DNA from: the human T2T-CHM13v2.0 reference genome, Homo sapiens
Length of the DNA: 64,000 bases
Direction: 5' to 3' (one strand)
Assembly: GCF_009914755.1 (NCBI RefSeq)
Contig: NC_060925.1
Positions 26,719 through 56,900 of the stretch are shown here, one piece after another (within the stretch, counting starts at the first letter, position 1; the number at the start of each line of letters is the position of its first letter). The translations under genes and the position numbers were made by a program. The notes under the pieces were generated by a model. The model made no database searches, was not told the DNA's origin, and worked only from the letters and a program-made list of their open reading frames with translations.

Positions 26719-28163
26719 GAGAGGAAGGAAGGGAGCTTTAGCACAAGTAGCTACATAGTGTTCAAGGATCAGCTTTCTTGAACTCCGAGGCTTGGTTGCC
26801 TTTGCTGAACTCCAAGTTAGTGGATTGCAGAATGGAAACTTGGCTTTTGCGGCACTGGGTGAGTTTTAGTTTGTGTGTGTCTTGCTGGGGGGTGGTGATG
26901 ATTGTCTCAGCACTCACGCACTGCACAAGATGGCAGCAGGATACAGCACTGCACAAGATGGCAGCTCCTCTGCAGCTTCCTCCTCAGCCTCCCTCCTTGC
27001 ACCCCCACAGGTTTGGCTTGTGGTTTTTGTCATCAGTAACCTACTGCCTGAGATCATGATCTCTTAAAAGATGAGACTCTCGGAAGGGTTGATTGTATGC
27101 GTCAGTGAGCCTTCTATCACCTTCTGGAACAAAGTCACTTGAAATCTCTTGATGAGATTAAGGAGTTTAGTGTTACTAAGAAAATCTGCTTTGGGCCGCA
27201 GCAGTGCTGGGTGTTCTCAGACCTGACTGAGGAAGTTAGCTGCGGGCTGCCCTGTGGGCTGGTGCTTCAGGAGGAATCCAGAGAAGTGTTCAGATGCCCC
27301 CCTTGGGCTCCTTTCTAATTTTAATCAGCTCTTTAAATAGCTGCCCATCTCCTGTGATTGCACAACCAAGCACTTTGACATTTGCACCTTAGGAGAGGCA
27401 GATGTTAAAATGGAATCCAAAGACCACCTAGGGCGGGGCTGGGTGGGAGATGGGAGGGCCAACTGCGAGCTGCTCCACTTCTCAGCTCTCCCCTGCCCTG
27501 CAGCCCTGGGCCAGACAAGGCCAGAAGGTTTCAGGGGCATTTGACATCCCCTCCTGGTTCTCACCAGGAAAACATCCAAAGCTTTGGAGGAAACAGGCCC
27601 TGCCCCTGGCTCCTTAAATGCCCCGTCTCTTTGTAAACTGATATTCAGCCAGCAATGCCTAAGACTTTGTTAAGATCATTTCTACTGCTTTTCTTTCTGC
27701 TTCAAACACACAGTTCGTCTCTGAGGAAAGTAAAATAAATGGAATAAGAGTAAATTGGGTAAGGAGATATCCAAAGCTACCCAGTCCCTTGACCCAGCAC
27801 AGTTGGCCGACCCGTGTCACTCCCTGGCTGTCGCTGCTTCTCTGTGCTCACTGAAGGGTGAGCCAGGCCAGTGCTTCCCCAGCCCCTGGGCCTGGTCACT
27901 ACACAGTGGAAAACAGACAAGCGGCCCCTTCCCCAAATCCCAAGAGTGTCTTGCTGCTTGGTGGGTGCTCATCGCAATGTTCTGAAGGCTCCAGGGCCAC
28001 TTTGTTTGTAAGTATGATCTGGGCCTCAAAATACCATAGTAGCTGCTTGATAAAATTCTAAAAATATCTGGTTCTCTATTATGTAAACACTATTACAGTC
28101 ACCAGTGTGTGAAGACTCTTGAGTCTGGTTCTCATATCAGAGTCATCATTTTTCTTCCTGTGG

Positions 28164-28210
28164 AATAAAATGCCTTGTGGACTTCCCAAACTTGTTCTTT
28201 TGTTTTCTTC
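28164..28210 (+). terminator. Distal poly(A) signal and downstream U/GU-rich element
   Basis: AATAAA 28164-28169; likely cleavage ~28187-28190; then cttgttcttttgttttcttc. Confidence 0.8.
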
Positions 28211-28477
28211 TGGTCTCTTGGTGATCCACAGCTTCTAGAGCTATCACCAGTGACAAATACCAAACATAGTGTGATGTTCACAATAAAATGTGGCCTCTGC
28301 CCCCAGGCCTGGGGAAGCACCCCCACACCTTAACCAGTCTCAGCCTCCCAAGAGTAAGTAGTAGTCTCCGCGCTACACTGGCTGCTGATCAGTCCATTCT
28401 GAGGTTCCTGGTCCAAGCCCCAGCAGGACAGACGTCACACTTAGGGTTTAGGCAGCTGAAGAAGAAACAGCAAAGGA

Positions 28478-29350
<873 letters not shown>

Positions 29351-30254
29351 GAGAGAAGGTGCACGTAGTCATGTAGGGTAACGGGAAAGGGAATAGGCCA
29401 CAGAAGCATGGTATGTTTGCCGGGCGACATTAAGGACCCATTTGACGTTGATGACCGTGAATGTACAGTGGAATCGGGCAGCCTGGCTGTATTCTTGTCC
29501 GGCCACATGTAGCTGCACAGCTTCAGTGTTGTAGAACAGGCAAAGAACTGGCTTTAATCAAGAAATGTTCCCCTCACCTATTCAAGTACCTCATCCACCA
29601 TTGCCCAGTTGAACTGGCCAAGAGCCAATCAGAACAAAATGTCAACAGAAATCCAAAAGCCTAGAGAAGGGAGGGGCTACGCTTTCCAAACCAAAGCACA
29701 GCTTCTGAAGACTATGCCCCTTCCAAGTGGGAGAGACAGTGGAAGGTGTGGTTAACAACCCCCACACGCGCACACAATTAGACTCTTTTCAGGGGTTCAC
29801 AGATGCAGTGGGACAGTCAGTGTTTGACAGTGAACCAGCCAGGCACTCCAGGGCATGGGGATGTCATTGACATAGAAAGGGTATGTGTATGACGATCTTC
29901 CATTTCCTCAGCCGAATTCAGCAAGCCGTCTTGCAGGTATTGGTTGGCTGCAAACACAGCTTTCACCCCAGCTCTTTAGACCAAGAATGTGATTTCTAGC
30001 ACCGTAAGAGATACTTGATGTTTGCTGTTCACTGGACACTGCATCCCAAGACCCTAATAACAGAAAGTGCTTCCTGAAAACACACCCAAGCATGTTCATT
30101 ATTATTTAGAAGTTTGGATTAACCTGGAAGAGCACTTCTTCAGGAAATTGGAAGTGAGATTGCACTCGCATCTGCAAGGGTCTTGAAGATCATCCAAGTT
30201 GTGGCTCTCTGGCTGAGGGCATGATAAAAGCAATCATAAAGACCAAAGAAAGGG

Positions 30255-30506
30255 ACTGTAAACCTAGCGCTTTAGGAAGCCAAGCCAGGAGGATCAAGAC
30301 CAGCCTGGGCAACAGAGGGAGACCCTGTCTCTACAAAAAAAAAAAAAAAAAAAGGTCGGGCATGGTGATGGATGCCTGCAGTCCCAGCTTCTTGAGAGGC
30401 TGAGGCAAGAGGATCACTTAAGCCCAGGAGGTTAAGGCTGCAGTGAGTTATGACTGCACCACTGTACTCTAGCCTGGGTGACAGAGCAAGACTGTGTCAA
30501 AAAAAA
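30255..30506 (+). mobile_element. AluJ-like, degenerate
   Basis: gatcacttaagcccaggaggttaaggctgcagtgag. Confidence 0.8.
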
Positions 30507-31460
30507 CTCACTGCTGAATAATCCTACTGACACTTTTTAAAAGTAGTCTTCCCTTTTTGCTCCCCCCACTATATCGCCCCTCTCTATTCCATCCACTCCA
30601 CCTCAAAATTAATAACCTTGTGTGTCGCCCAAATTTTCACGACGTTATATAATTATGTATGGTTTCATAAGCAGATATACATATTCATAGATTCCTAACA
30701 TTTGTGTTTACAAAAATGGAATCTATTAAACACTGTTCTGTGACTTGCTTTTTTTTCTCACTGTTCCCTCAGGCTGGTATCACTCTAGTTTATTCTCTGA
30801 AGTGCTGCATGTTCATTAATGATGTAAGTGTTCTATAATTTACTCACCTATTCCTGCTTCAATGGGCATTCACTTTGCTTTCCAGCTGCTTCCACCCTGC
30901 CCCGAAGATCAACACTGCAATAGATGCCCTCCTATGTATGCATTTACACGCCAGTTCTATTTCTGTGCAGTCCTTTCCCGGGAGCTGATTAGTTAGGAGG
31001 TATGTTCCGGACCACTTTCCCCCAGTGCTGGTAGGAATGTGAAGGGCAGCACCCATCTCTGCGCCTCTTACCTGTGTGATGGGTACGAAGTGATAGTTCA
31101 TTGTTACTTTATCTTGCGTGTCCCCAGCAGCGAATTTGACCATCGTTTTGTTTGTTGGCATTTGGATTTACTGTTAGGAATGGCATTTGCTGAATTATAG
31201 CAAATGCCTTTCAGCATCTGTTATTATGAACAGTTTATTATTATACTGTTTCTTCTCCTTTAATTTTTGTTTAAGTAACATGTTGATAGATTTCCTGATA
31301 TGGAACCACTCTTAATCCCTGGAATTAATGGATTCCACTTGGATAAAATGTGTTAGTTTGTTATTCTTTTGATACATTCCTGGCTCTTTTTGCTAATATT
31401 TTGAGTCTTGGCACTTTTTAAGTGAAAGGGGCCTATAATTTTCTTTTTTTCAGAGTAACC

Positions 31461-34076
<2,616 letters not shown>

Positions 34077-34156
34077 TAAATTAATGTTTTGAATTTTATT
34101 GGATTGTGATCAGTAAATAAATGTAACCTGAAGATTTCTACACTCTAGAAACATCT

Positions 34157-34907
<751 letters not shown>

Positions 34908-35689
34908 CTACAGGATCTTATTTTGTGTGTGGGAGAGACTGCCTTGCATCTTCAAGTGGCCTGCGGGGCAGAGTCTCTAACTCCAGCTATATCCTTTGGA
35001 AGTGCAGTAAGTGCTTAAAGTAAACAAAGTTAGAAGAAAGGAAAAAGAAGAACACAGCAGTCTTAATTAAGCTTCCTCCAAATACTCCAGTTGGAACTTC
35101 AGAAGGATTTGACGCTGGAACAATTGCACTGCAGAGCTGCCTGCCCCACGCCCAGGAGCGGGGCCAACCCACTTGTCGCTGAGGGGAGCCAGATCGTGTT
35201 CTCCCACAGTCTTACCCAAGGAGCACGGCCAGCGTCAGCAGCTCCCAGGGGCTCATAAAACTTCACACCTCATGCTTATTCTGGTCTGACTCAAAAGCAC
35301 AGAAAGGTCACGGGTACGTTTTGACTTGGAGGAAATGTGTGAATCTAGACCAACTTGGCTCTTGGAAACCCCGGGCAAGTGAGCCCCCAAGGGAGGGGGT
35401 GTGTGGGAGACGGGAGGGGGCGGTGCTGGGAGGGGGCGGGTGCTGAAACAGCTCCCAGGGCCACTTTAGAGGGAAAATTCCTGCCTTTTGGGCGTATTTT
35501 CCTAAGATGCTTAAGGGGTACACAGAGACTTCTGGGAAGCTTGGCAAAGCCTGCAGAAAGGCAACTCTCGATCTGTTCCATGGTTTGTCCACAGAGATCG
35601 AGCATCCCTAGGTGTTCCCAGACAACACACGTGAGTCTGATGCTACAGAACCTAACCCTCTGCCCCTCCAGCAACAGGGAGGCACTTCC

Positions 35690-37330
<1,641 letters not shown>

Positions 37331-37880
37331 GGCCCATGACAGTGACTTACAAGGGCGGTCGGTGGGAGTAGGAGCCTGCGTGCTGGAGAGAGTGCAGATC
37401 CAGCCTGCAAACAATTAAAAAACAATAATAAAACTAGGACTAAAAGCCGGCTGCTTTTTACTATCACTGTGCTCTTGGCAATTCTAAACAAAATCTGGAG
37501 ATTTGGGGTGGAGATAAAATTCTCCTCCCCTCAAAAATCTTTAGTGAGTTTAAATTCCAGTGAGTTTTAGTAGATATGTAGGCAAGCTTTAAATTAGTAC
37601 ACTGTAGTACTTTTCCTTTAGTAAATCTTGTACACCACGTGGACATTAATTCTGAGATCTGCCGGTTATGCAGTGGTTTGCCCACCAAGCGTGGACTCAG
37701 CTAACACACCTTCATTTCAAGAGAATGTTCTAATGGTTTGGAATTGTTCAGGCTTGCTCGGGGCACAGTGGAGTCCCTAACCCCCCTGTTCCAACATATT
37801 CCTGCATTTAAACAGATTTTAAGACAAAGCAATGGGACTTGAGTTGCTTCAATGCTGTCATTCTGTGTGACCACTTGCGG

Positions 37881-39231
<1,351 letters not shown>

Positions 39232-39256
39232 TCATTCATTAGTATTAGTGAAGATA

Positions 39257-39608
<352 letters not shown>

Positions 39609-40189
39609 GTTTTGTCATATTGAGAAAGGAAGAGTTAAAAAACAAAAAAAAACTCAGAAGAGTTCTATGGGCTTCCAGCCTACTAAGCACACCACTGGTC
39701 CAAGGTAAGGGTCCTGGCGGATGTCCAATGTCTGTCATCCCTGGAGATGGGAGAGGAGTTGGGTCTGACAATTGGGACCACCAGACTAAGCCAAGGCCCC
39801 TTATGGAGTTGGTGAGAGAAGTTCCGCAAAGGACTGAAACATCTTCAGTGCAGCCTGAATTGGGGAAGGGAAGGACAGGTGGGTGAGGGGAGATCCAGAA
39901 TGAAAGAGCCCTGAACTGGAGTTTTATGGGAGCTTGGAATGAACTGTTTTCCAATCCTGTGCCCCACCGTGTCCCACGCCACACTAATCCTGTCCCCAGA
40001 GGCAGCTACTTTGACTTCTTTTCCAATGTCTTCTTGTATTTAACTCTGTTTTTCCAAATATCATGTTTTCACCTATTTTTGCATTTTTTTTTTCCAATTG
40101 CAGGTGTGGTCTACTGATTTTCTACTGTGGAGGATTAGGCTTTGGTTCTCTCCGTCCCCCCCACAATCTCCCCAAAATATTCCACACTG

Positions 40190-40630
40190 GGGAGAAAAGG
40201 AGAAACATTGTTACAGATCCTAGATGTTTATAGGATAGCAGAGGAATATTATGAATAACTTCCTGCCTTTAAATCTAACAATGCAGATAAAATGGACACA
40301 TTTCTTGAAAGGCACAAATTACAAAACTTCATAGGAGAAACGGGAAATTTGAATAGCCCTACATCTATTAACGAAATTAAATTTTTAATTAAAAACCTTC
40401 CCCTACACAAAAAATCCAGGCCCAGATGGCTTCACTTGAGTGAATTCCACTCAAGGAAAAATTACTATCAACCCTACACAAATCCACACTAGAGAAGAAA
40501 GCACTTTCCAATTCATTTTATGATAAACAAACTATAGTATACCATAAGGTTGGAATACTACGCAGCAATGAAAACCCACAAACTGCTGACACACAAAGCC
40601 ACCTAGAGGAGCTCAGAATCATGCAGAGTG
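40190..40630 (+). mobile_element. L1 ORF2 fragment
   Basis: ORF 40292 MDTFLERHKL...LNSPTSINEIKFLIKNLP resembles L1 ORF2p MDKFLDTY...LNRPITGSEI...LPTKKSPGPDGF. Confidence 0.8.
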
Positions 40631-40639
40631 AAAGGAGGG

Positions 40640-41830
<1,191 letters not shown>

Positions 41831-42447
41831 CATGTTGGTGTTTTAAAAGCAGCAGGGAGTTGAGCTGCTTGTGGACTGGAAGGAAGGAGCCAGCAGACAG
41901 GGAGGAGAGGAGGGGAAGTGGGTAGTGAAGGGGAGAGAGAATAGCCAGGGGTGGTGGGCAGAAGGAGAGGAAATGGAACCCTAGAGGCCTGGGCAGGAGG
42001 CCTCTTGCTGTTGAGCTGCGGCCGGCTGTATTTTGAGACCTTAACCTTCACCTTCTCAGCTGTGTTGGATGCGGCCTCCAGAGGCCCAGGAGAGGTGGGG
42101 ATCAGACGGGGTTCAACAGGGAGCCAGAACCATGAGGTCTGTCGTGGAATAAAGGATGTATTCTAGGAGTCAGGCCTCACCCAGCTGTGGCGGGGGTGGA
42201 GGGCAAGGAGGACTGCCGAGGGGGCTGGGGTGGGCGTCTTTGGGAGGTGTCTTCTGTGAGTTTGCAGCAAAGGGTCTGGGGTGGGTCTGGGGTGGGCCTG
42301 GGGTCGGCCTGGGGTCAGTGTTGGTCAGCAAGGCCAGCCTCACCTTTGCCTCTCAAATCACGGGTGCCTTCCCTCTTGACAACTCTGCCCTGAGACCTAC
42401 AGGAAGTGGATTCTGAGAAATATGGCTTCCACCGTTACCAAGTGGAC

Positions 42448-43659
<1,212 letters not shown>

Positions 43660-44870
43660 TAGAGGCGGGTCAGGAAATGCAAGGAGAGCACTTTTGGAAG
43701 CGTCTGGATCCTGGGCCCTCGGGGAGGGCAGGGCCTGGGTCCTGATGTGAGGAGCCTGGAGCCTGTCCGTGGCCGAGAGGGCCTCCTTCCTCCTTCCTGG
43801 CCGACACGTCACCTGCTCCGTCCAGTCCACGAGAAGCAGCTGTGGCCCAAGCCCATGACCTGCCTTTCTTCCCCAGCGTCACCATCTGTGGCAGCCTGGG
43901 ATACGCATGAGCTCCTCAGGAGGGCGGGTGAGTGGACTTTCCAGCGCGGGCTGGAGGTGATCTCAAAGGGCACAAGGGTTGGAACTGAACCAGCCATGCC
44001 AGGGGACGCGGGTTTGGTCGGAGCCCTGTGGGAAGGGAAGGCCCCTCTGCTCCAGGCCCTCCAGGATCTCCAACCATGGCCCAAATGGCCACCATGATGA
44101 TGCCCACCTACGGGCTTTGGTGCTTCGGGAGTGTCTTGCTGGGTGAAGGGCAGGTCGCTATCAGATGCATCTGTTTAATTTTAGAGCTCCGTGGAACACA
44201 CATCTGGATGACAGGAGGGAGCCAGGAGCTGTGAGAAGACGGGGGAGCTGCCGCCGCAAGAATGCAAGACCCACGGGCTCTACGATGCGGGGGAGCAGCG
44301 GGCATCTGAGGAAGGGGCGTCAGGGGCACATGGCCAGCCCTCTTCACCCCACAGTCTGCCCCAGGCCAGCCCCACTAGGAGTGACCCATTTTCTCCTAGC
44401 AGGATTCCTTGCATGGGGTGGCCTGGACCCAAAACACCCGCTCTGAGGATTCCCTGTTAACCACAGAGAAGGTTGACTCAAGTTTCTTTATTTGGCCATG
44501 AAACTGTGGGGCATCTCACGGTGCTTCTTGGGTCCACTGGAGAGCCCTGGAAGCTCAGAAGAGGCAAGAGGGGCCTACTTCTCCCTTGTTTGGGCTTTGT
44601 TTGCTAAATACCAATATTAGATTAGGCAACTCTGCAAACAAAACCAAGGCCTGGCCAGCTGCCCAGGGTGTTTAAAGTCCAAGACATGAAGGCAGGACGT
44701 GTGCCCGTGGACTTGCACACGCAAGCAGGCCGAGGGGAGAGCAGCCCGGCAGAGACCTTGGTGGTCCAGGGCTGAGCAAAGGCTTCCCCCACCGGTCCAT
44801 CCCAGTGCGCTCAGCACAGGAGTTAGCGGCCACACACTTCAACCATTGTCTTATTTTAGAAAATGACATC

Positions 44871-45181
44871 TGCTGGGCGCGGTGACTCACGCCTGTAATC
44901 CCAGCATTTTGAGAGGGCAAGGTCAGGAGTGATCACTTTGGGTGGACCACGAGGTCAGGAGTTCAAGATCAGCCTGGCCAACATGGTGAAACTCCGTCTC
45001 TACTCAAAATACAAAAATTAGCCAGGCGTGGTGGCTCACACTTATAATCCCAGCTACCTGGGAGGCTGAGGCAGGAGAATGGCTTGAACCTGGGAGGCGG
45101 AGGTTGTAGTGAGCCGAGACTGCTCCACTGGACTGCAGCCTGGGTGACAGAGCGAGACTCCGTCTCAAAAAAAAAAAAAAA
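44871..45181 (+). mobile_element. AluS
   Basis: Dimer; TSD atgacatc. Confidence 0.88.
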
Positions 45182-46057
45182 GAAGATGACATCCATGATG
45201 TTAATAAAAGCGGAGGTATTAGGGGAAGGGAGACATCCTGTCAACTTTTCATCAGCTCACATTTGACCCTCAGCTTTTTTCTGTTAATCTAGTTATCATA
45301 TCAACAGCGTTCTCACAAATGACCAAAGACAGTGTCGGTGGCTCTTAGTGTTTGAAAGTAAAAATGTATAATATTTTTAAAATGCCAACAGACTGAAAAC
45401 AGGAATGAGGCATCATTGGTTGTAAACTGTCTCCTGAGCTGGTAATTCCATCTCCATCTCAAGCAGAAAAAACATACCCGTGTGCCCAGGGGCTCTCACC
45501 CCAGCACACCTCTTGCCCACTTAGCCTAGTTGATGGTCAAATTACTGAGTGGAGTTTAAATGCCCTTCAGACTTTATAGGTGGAATTCCTGAAACGCGTC
45601 TATCTGGAAGAGGAGAGGTAGTAGTATTGGGAAGGGAACAGGAAGTAGGCGGTGTGGAGTGCTGTTTGTTAAATGCTATCTCTTACCGTCTGTGTTTGTT
45701 TCTACTTAGCTTGCCTTATCTCTCTCCTCCCGCCCACTCTGTCATTCAACTACCCAGTTCCCCACCCTGGTTTCTTGTGTATTTTTTTCCAGGAAGACAC
45801 ACACACACACACACATTTATATATATATAAAATAGGCCAGATCCCATCCTTCCTGGGTCCACCCTTCCTGGGCAGCCCCTCAACCCAGCACACAAACACA
45901 CTGTTATTTTTCTCATCTCAATTCTCAATCCACCCTTGATCTTGTACCCCAATCCAGCCACTGCTCAATTCTTTGCTTTCTTTAAAATACAATTTGTCAA
46001 ATTATATGTATGTGTGTTGGCAATTACATATATACCTGTATATTTACTCTCCACCCC

Positions 46058-48255
<2,198 letters not shown>

Positions 48256-48488
48256 TGGCTCTCTTTAAAAATATAATTTCTCAAAAGATTGAAGTTTCTC
48301 TCTCCACCTTCTCTTCTCATAGTCTCTGTTGCAAACCCTCTATATTGCTATTGATTTGTTACGTATGCTTGTTCTGTCAATATCTCTGAGAGGAGTGTCA
48401 GAATTTCCAGTTATGATGGTGGAGTTCTTGATTTCTTCTTTGAGTTCTGTCAGTTTTGGCTTCCTGTATTTTTTTTTTTTTGAGACAA

Positions 48489-52860
<4,372 letters not shown>

Positions 52861-52879
52861 GCCATGGATAGAACCAGAA

Positions 52880-53900
52880 ATTTCTCCTTTTCTCTGAGCC
52901 CTTGCCAATTAAGCTTTCATCCCCACAACCTCACCCTTTCCAGATAATCAATGACATTCATATTTCAAACTCTAATCTTCATGATAAGGCCTTATCTAAT
53001 CTGAATAAAAGCTGTATTTGTCATGATTGAGCACTCTCTCTCCTTCTTTTTTTTTTTTTTTTTTTGAGATGGAGTCTCATTCTGTCACCCAGGCTGGAGT
53101 GCAGTGGCACAATCTTGGCTCACTGCAACCTCTGCCTCCTGGGTTCAGGTGATTCTCCTGCCTCAGCCTCCTGAGTAGCTGGAACCACAGGTGCGTGCCA
53201 CCACGCCCGGCTAATTTTTTGTACTTTTAGTAGAGTTGGGTTTTCACCATGTTAGCCAGGATGGTCTCGATCTCCTGGCCTCGTGATCTGCCCACCTTGG
53301 CCTCCCAAAGTGCTGGGATTACAGGCGTGAGCCACCGTGCCCAGCCACTCTCTCCTTCTTGAAAGTTTTTTTTTTTTTACTTTGTTTCCAGAATACCCAA
53401 TTCCTTCATTTTCCTCCTACTTCACTCGTTATTCTTTGTTCTCATCTTCCTGGCCTCCAAATGTTGGAGAGCCGCAGCATTCACTGTAAGTCCTCTTCCT
53501 TTCTTCAGCCAAACTCTCCTTGGTTATCTCTCTGAGTCCTATGGCTTTAAATATCATCTGTATATGGGCAGGTCTCATAGTCTTATCTCCCGCCTGAATT
53601 TCTGCCCTGAAATTCAAACTCAGAGCTCCATCTGCCTCTCAATGTCTCCATTTAGAAGCCTAAAAAGCATGCCTTACTTAACATGTCCAAAACTGACCAA
53701 GCCTGCCTCTCCTTTGGTCTTACCCATCTTAATAAATAACTCCATTTTCCCAGTTGCTCAAGCCAACCATTTTGGAATCATCCTGGAAACTTCTCTTTTA
53801 TTCGAACCCCATATCCAATCCATCAGAAAATCCTGTTGGCCCGACCTTGGAAAGCTACCCCACCATCATCTCCCTCCTGGATTATTACTGTAGCATTCTC
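52880..53900 (+). mobile_element. L2 with antisense Alu (53045-53346)
   Basis: atggctttaaatatcatctgtat, ttaacatgtccaaaactga, ccagttgctcaagcca motifs. Confidence 0.72.
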
Positions 53901-53929
53901 AATGGTTCCTTGCTTCCTCCCTTGCCTCC

Positions 53930-54375
53930 TGTGCCAGCTGAGACCACTGCAGAATGTAGATGAGCTGTATCCTCTGACAGATACAGAGATTGCAGAGAGG
54001 TTAGCAGACGGGCTGATTACAAGCTGTGGGTGGGATCAGGGGTACCAACAAGAGACGGTGACGTATCCTCTTACCATCCCTAAGATGGGTGAGAGTCAAA
54101 GCTGCCGGCCCCCTGATAAGAGCCATAGCCTTTGGTAGAAAAAGTCAGCTACTTCCAAACTACAGCCTAGTGGAGACAGAGAGCCGGGGAAATCAATACC
54201 CTCCCCTCTCCTCTTGCCCTCTGATCTCCTGCTCTGTCTCCCACTGGCTGAGCCTAACTGGAAGCTGGAGGGTTGGGGAGCCCACTGATATAGTCCACAG
54301 AGGGCAGCCTCCCAGGGCAGAGAGCAGGGTGAACAAAGGGAGAGTAAATTTAGAAGGCAAATGGTGAATATCCCA
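53930..54375 (-). mobile_element. ERVL-type LTR (LTR33-like)
   Basis: ctggaagctggagggt...cagcctcccagggcagagagcaggg...agaaggcaaatgg resembles the LTR33 5' end in antisense. Confidence 0.5.
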
Positions 54376-54759
54376 AACCCCTCTGCTTGCCCACAGCTGC
54401 ACACACCATCCATGGCCCAGTCTTCATGTAGCTGCCAGAGTGATCTATGCACTACTGGGGACCAGAGGTGAGGGGTGGGGGTCACAGGATGGATGGAGCC
54501 TGGATCTATGGGACACTAAAGGGAGGAGGGCTGCTTGCCCACCAGGAATGCTGATCTTTCCTTAAGAGAGCAAGATAAAAACCTCTATTGTGTTTGAGTT
54601 ACTAAATGTTTGGGAGTCTATTACAGTTTAGCCACTTATCTTAGACACATGTAAAGCAAGGGTAATAGTTATATCATCCCTACAGGGCTATCAGGGGAAT
54701 TAAATAAGCTATAATTGCTTAGAACAATGCTTGGCATAAGTTCTTAAGCAATGGTAACA

Positions 54760-55064
<305 letters not shown>

Positions 55065-55180
55065 AATTATTATTTTTATTTAATATGTAAAATTAATATG
55101 AAAGCCTACTATTAATTATGTTTTTGCGAATGCCTTGTTATAGACTTTGAGGGGTTCTTCCAGAGAGTTGAAGAATTGTG

Positions 55181-55182
<2 letters not shown>

Positions 55183-55219
<37 letters not shown>

Positions 55220-55244
55220 CATATATATATAGAGAGAGAGAGAG
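55183..55244. repeat. Compound (GT)17/(AT)n/(AG)7 microsatellite
   Basis: Read directly. Confidence 0.9.
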
Positions 55245-55429
55245 AATTCCAGCCACCTCACCCCACACCCCAAGAGGCTGCTGATCCACTTGCCCTCCAG
55301 GCAGAGTGCCCAGGAGAAAAGAGAGCTGGTTCCTGACTTGCTTTAGGATGGGGCAGACGTTCCTCTGTGCCATGTTCCAGGCCAAAACCTTATGAAGGCC
55401 TAGCACCTTCACTCATGTGCTTTTGGGAG

Positions 55430-56105
<676 letters not shown>

Positions 56106-56439
56106 AAGCCGAGCCTGCCCGTGTGAGCAGGAGGTGGGTGGGTACTTGCTGCTTTGAATTTCCCTTCCAGTTGGGGGAGCTGGAAATTCAAAGTCGCAAG
56201 TACCCACCCCACCCGCTGCTCACATACGCAGGCTTGGGAAGGAACGGAACACCAAGGGCCGGCTGCTTGGGTGTGTTGCAACCAGACGCCCGCAGGCCTT
56301 GGATGGATGGAATTCTCCAGGCATCCGTGGTGGGGGGACCGGCTCCTGCCCCCTTGGCCGAGAGGGCTGAGCTCACTCAGCGTCTCCATTCCTCTTCTTG
56401 ATTGGCACTTTAATGAGGGCAGAAGGGGCTGACCCCCTG

Positions 56440-56900
56440 CCAGGGGACCGGTTCATGCCCCGTTTATCTCACAGCCCGAGTCAGACTAAAACAACACCGC
56501 AGGCCGAGCGGCCAGGAGCCAGCAGGGCCGGGAGCCCCCGCCCTCGGTGATGGATTGAGTGACCGCGGCGAGTTGGCAGCTGAAGTGTGTGGTGGCCGCA
56601 CCGTCCTGTCAGCCTGCAACAAAGGAGGCCGGCCTGGCCCGGCCCTCACGCCAAACGGCTCCCCTCCCAGGGACAGCTCCGAAGGCTGCCTTTCCCTCCA
56701 CCCTCCCCCAACTCCAACGCCAAGTTCCCAGAGGCAGGCTGAGGCCAGAGCCCAGTGTGCGGGGAGGGGCACTGTCCTGGGGTCCTGGGTGCGGTGCATG
56801 GGGGTGGGAAATCCTGGGCTTGCAGGCGGAGCTGGTGCTGAGAACGTCCTCTCGGGCTCCTGGCTTCAGGGCCCAGCACTGGACCCTTCCTGACGGTGCA
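56440..56900. promoter_or_regulatory. Small CpG-rich patch, candidate enhancer/promoter
   Basis: About 19 CpGs counted by eye in 56461-56681, non-repetitive, GC-rich. Confidence 0.45.

Larger units (their letters stand above)
25168..28190 (+). other. VPS13D: VPS13D 3' UTR (longest form, ~3 kb)
   Basis: Follows the stop codon; Alu-free; ends just after AATAAA 28164-28169 and before a U/GU-rich tract. Confidence 0.8.
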
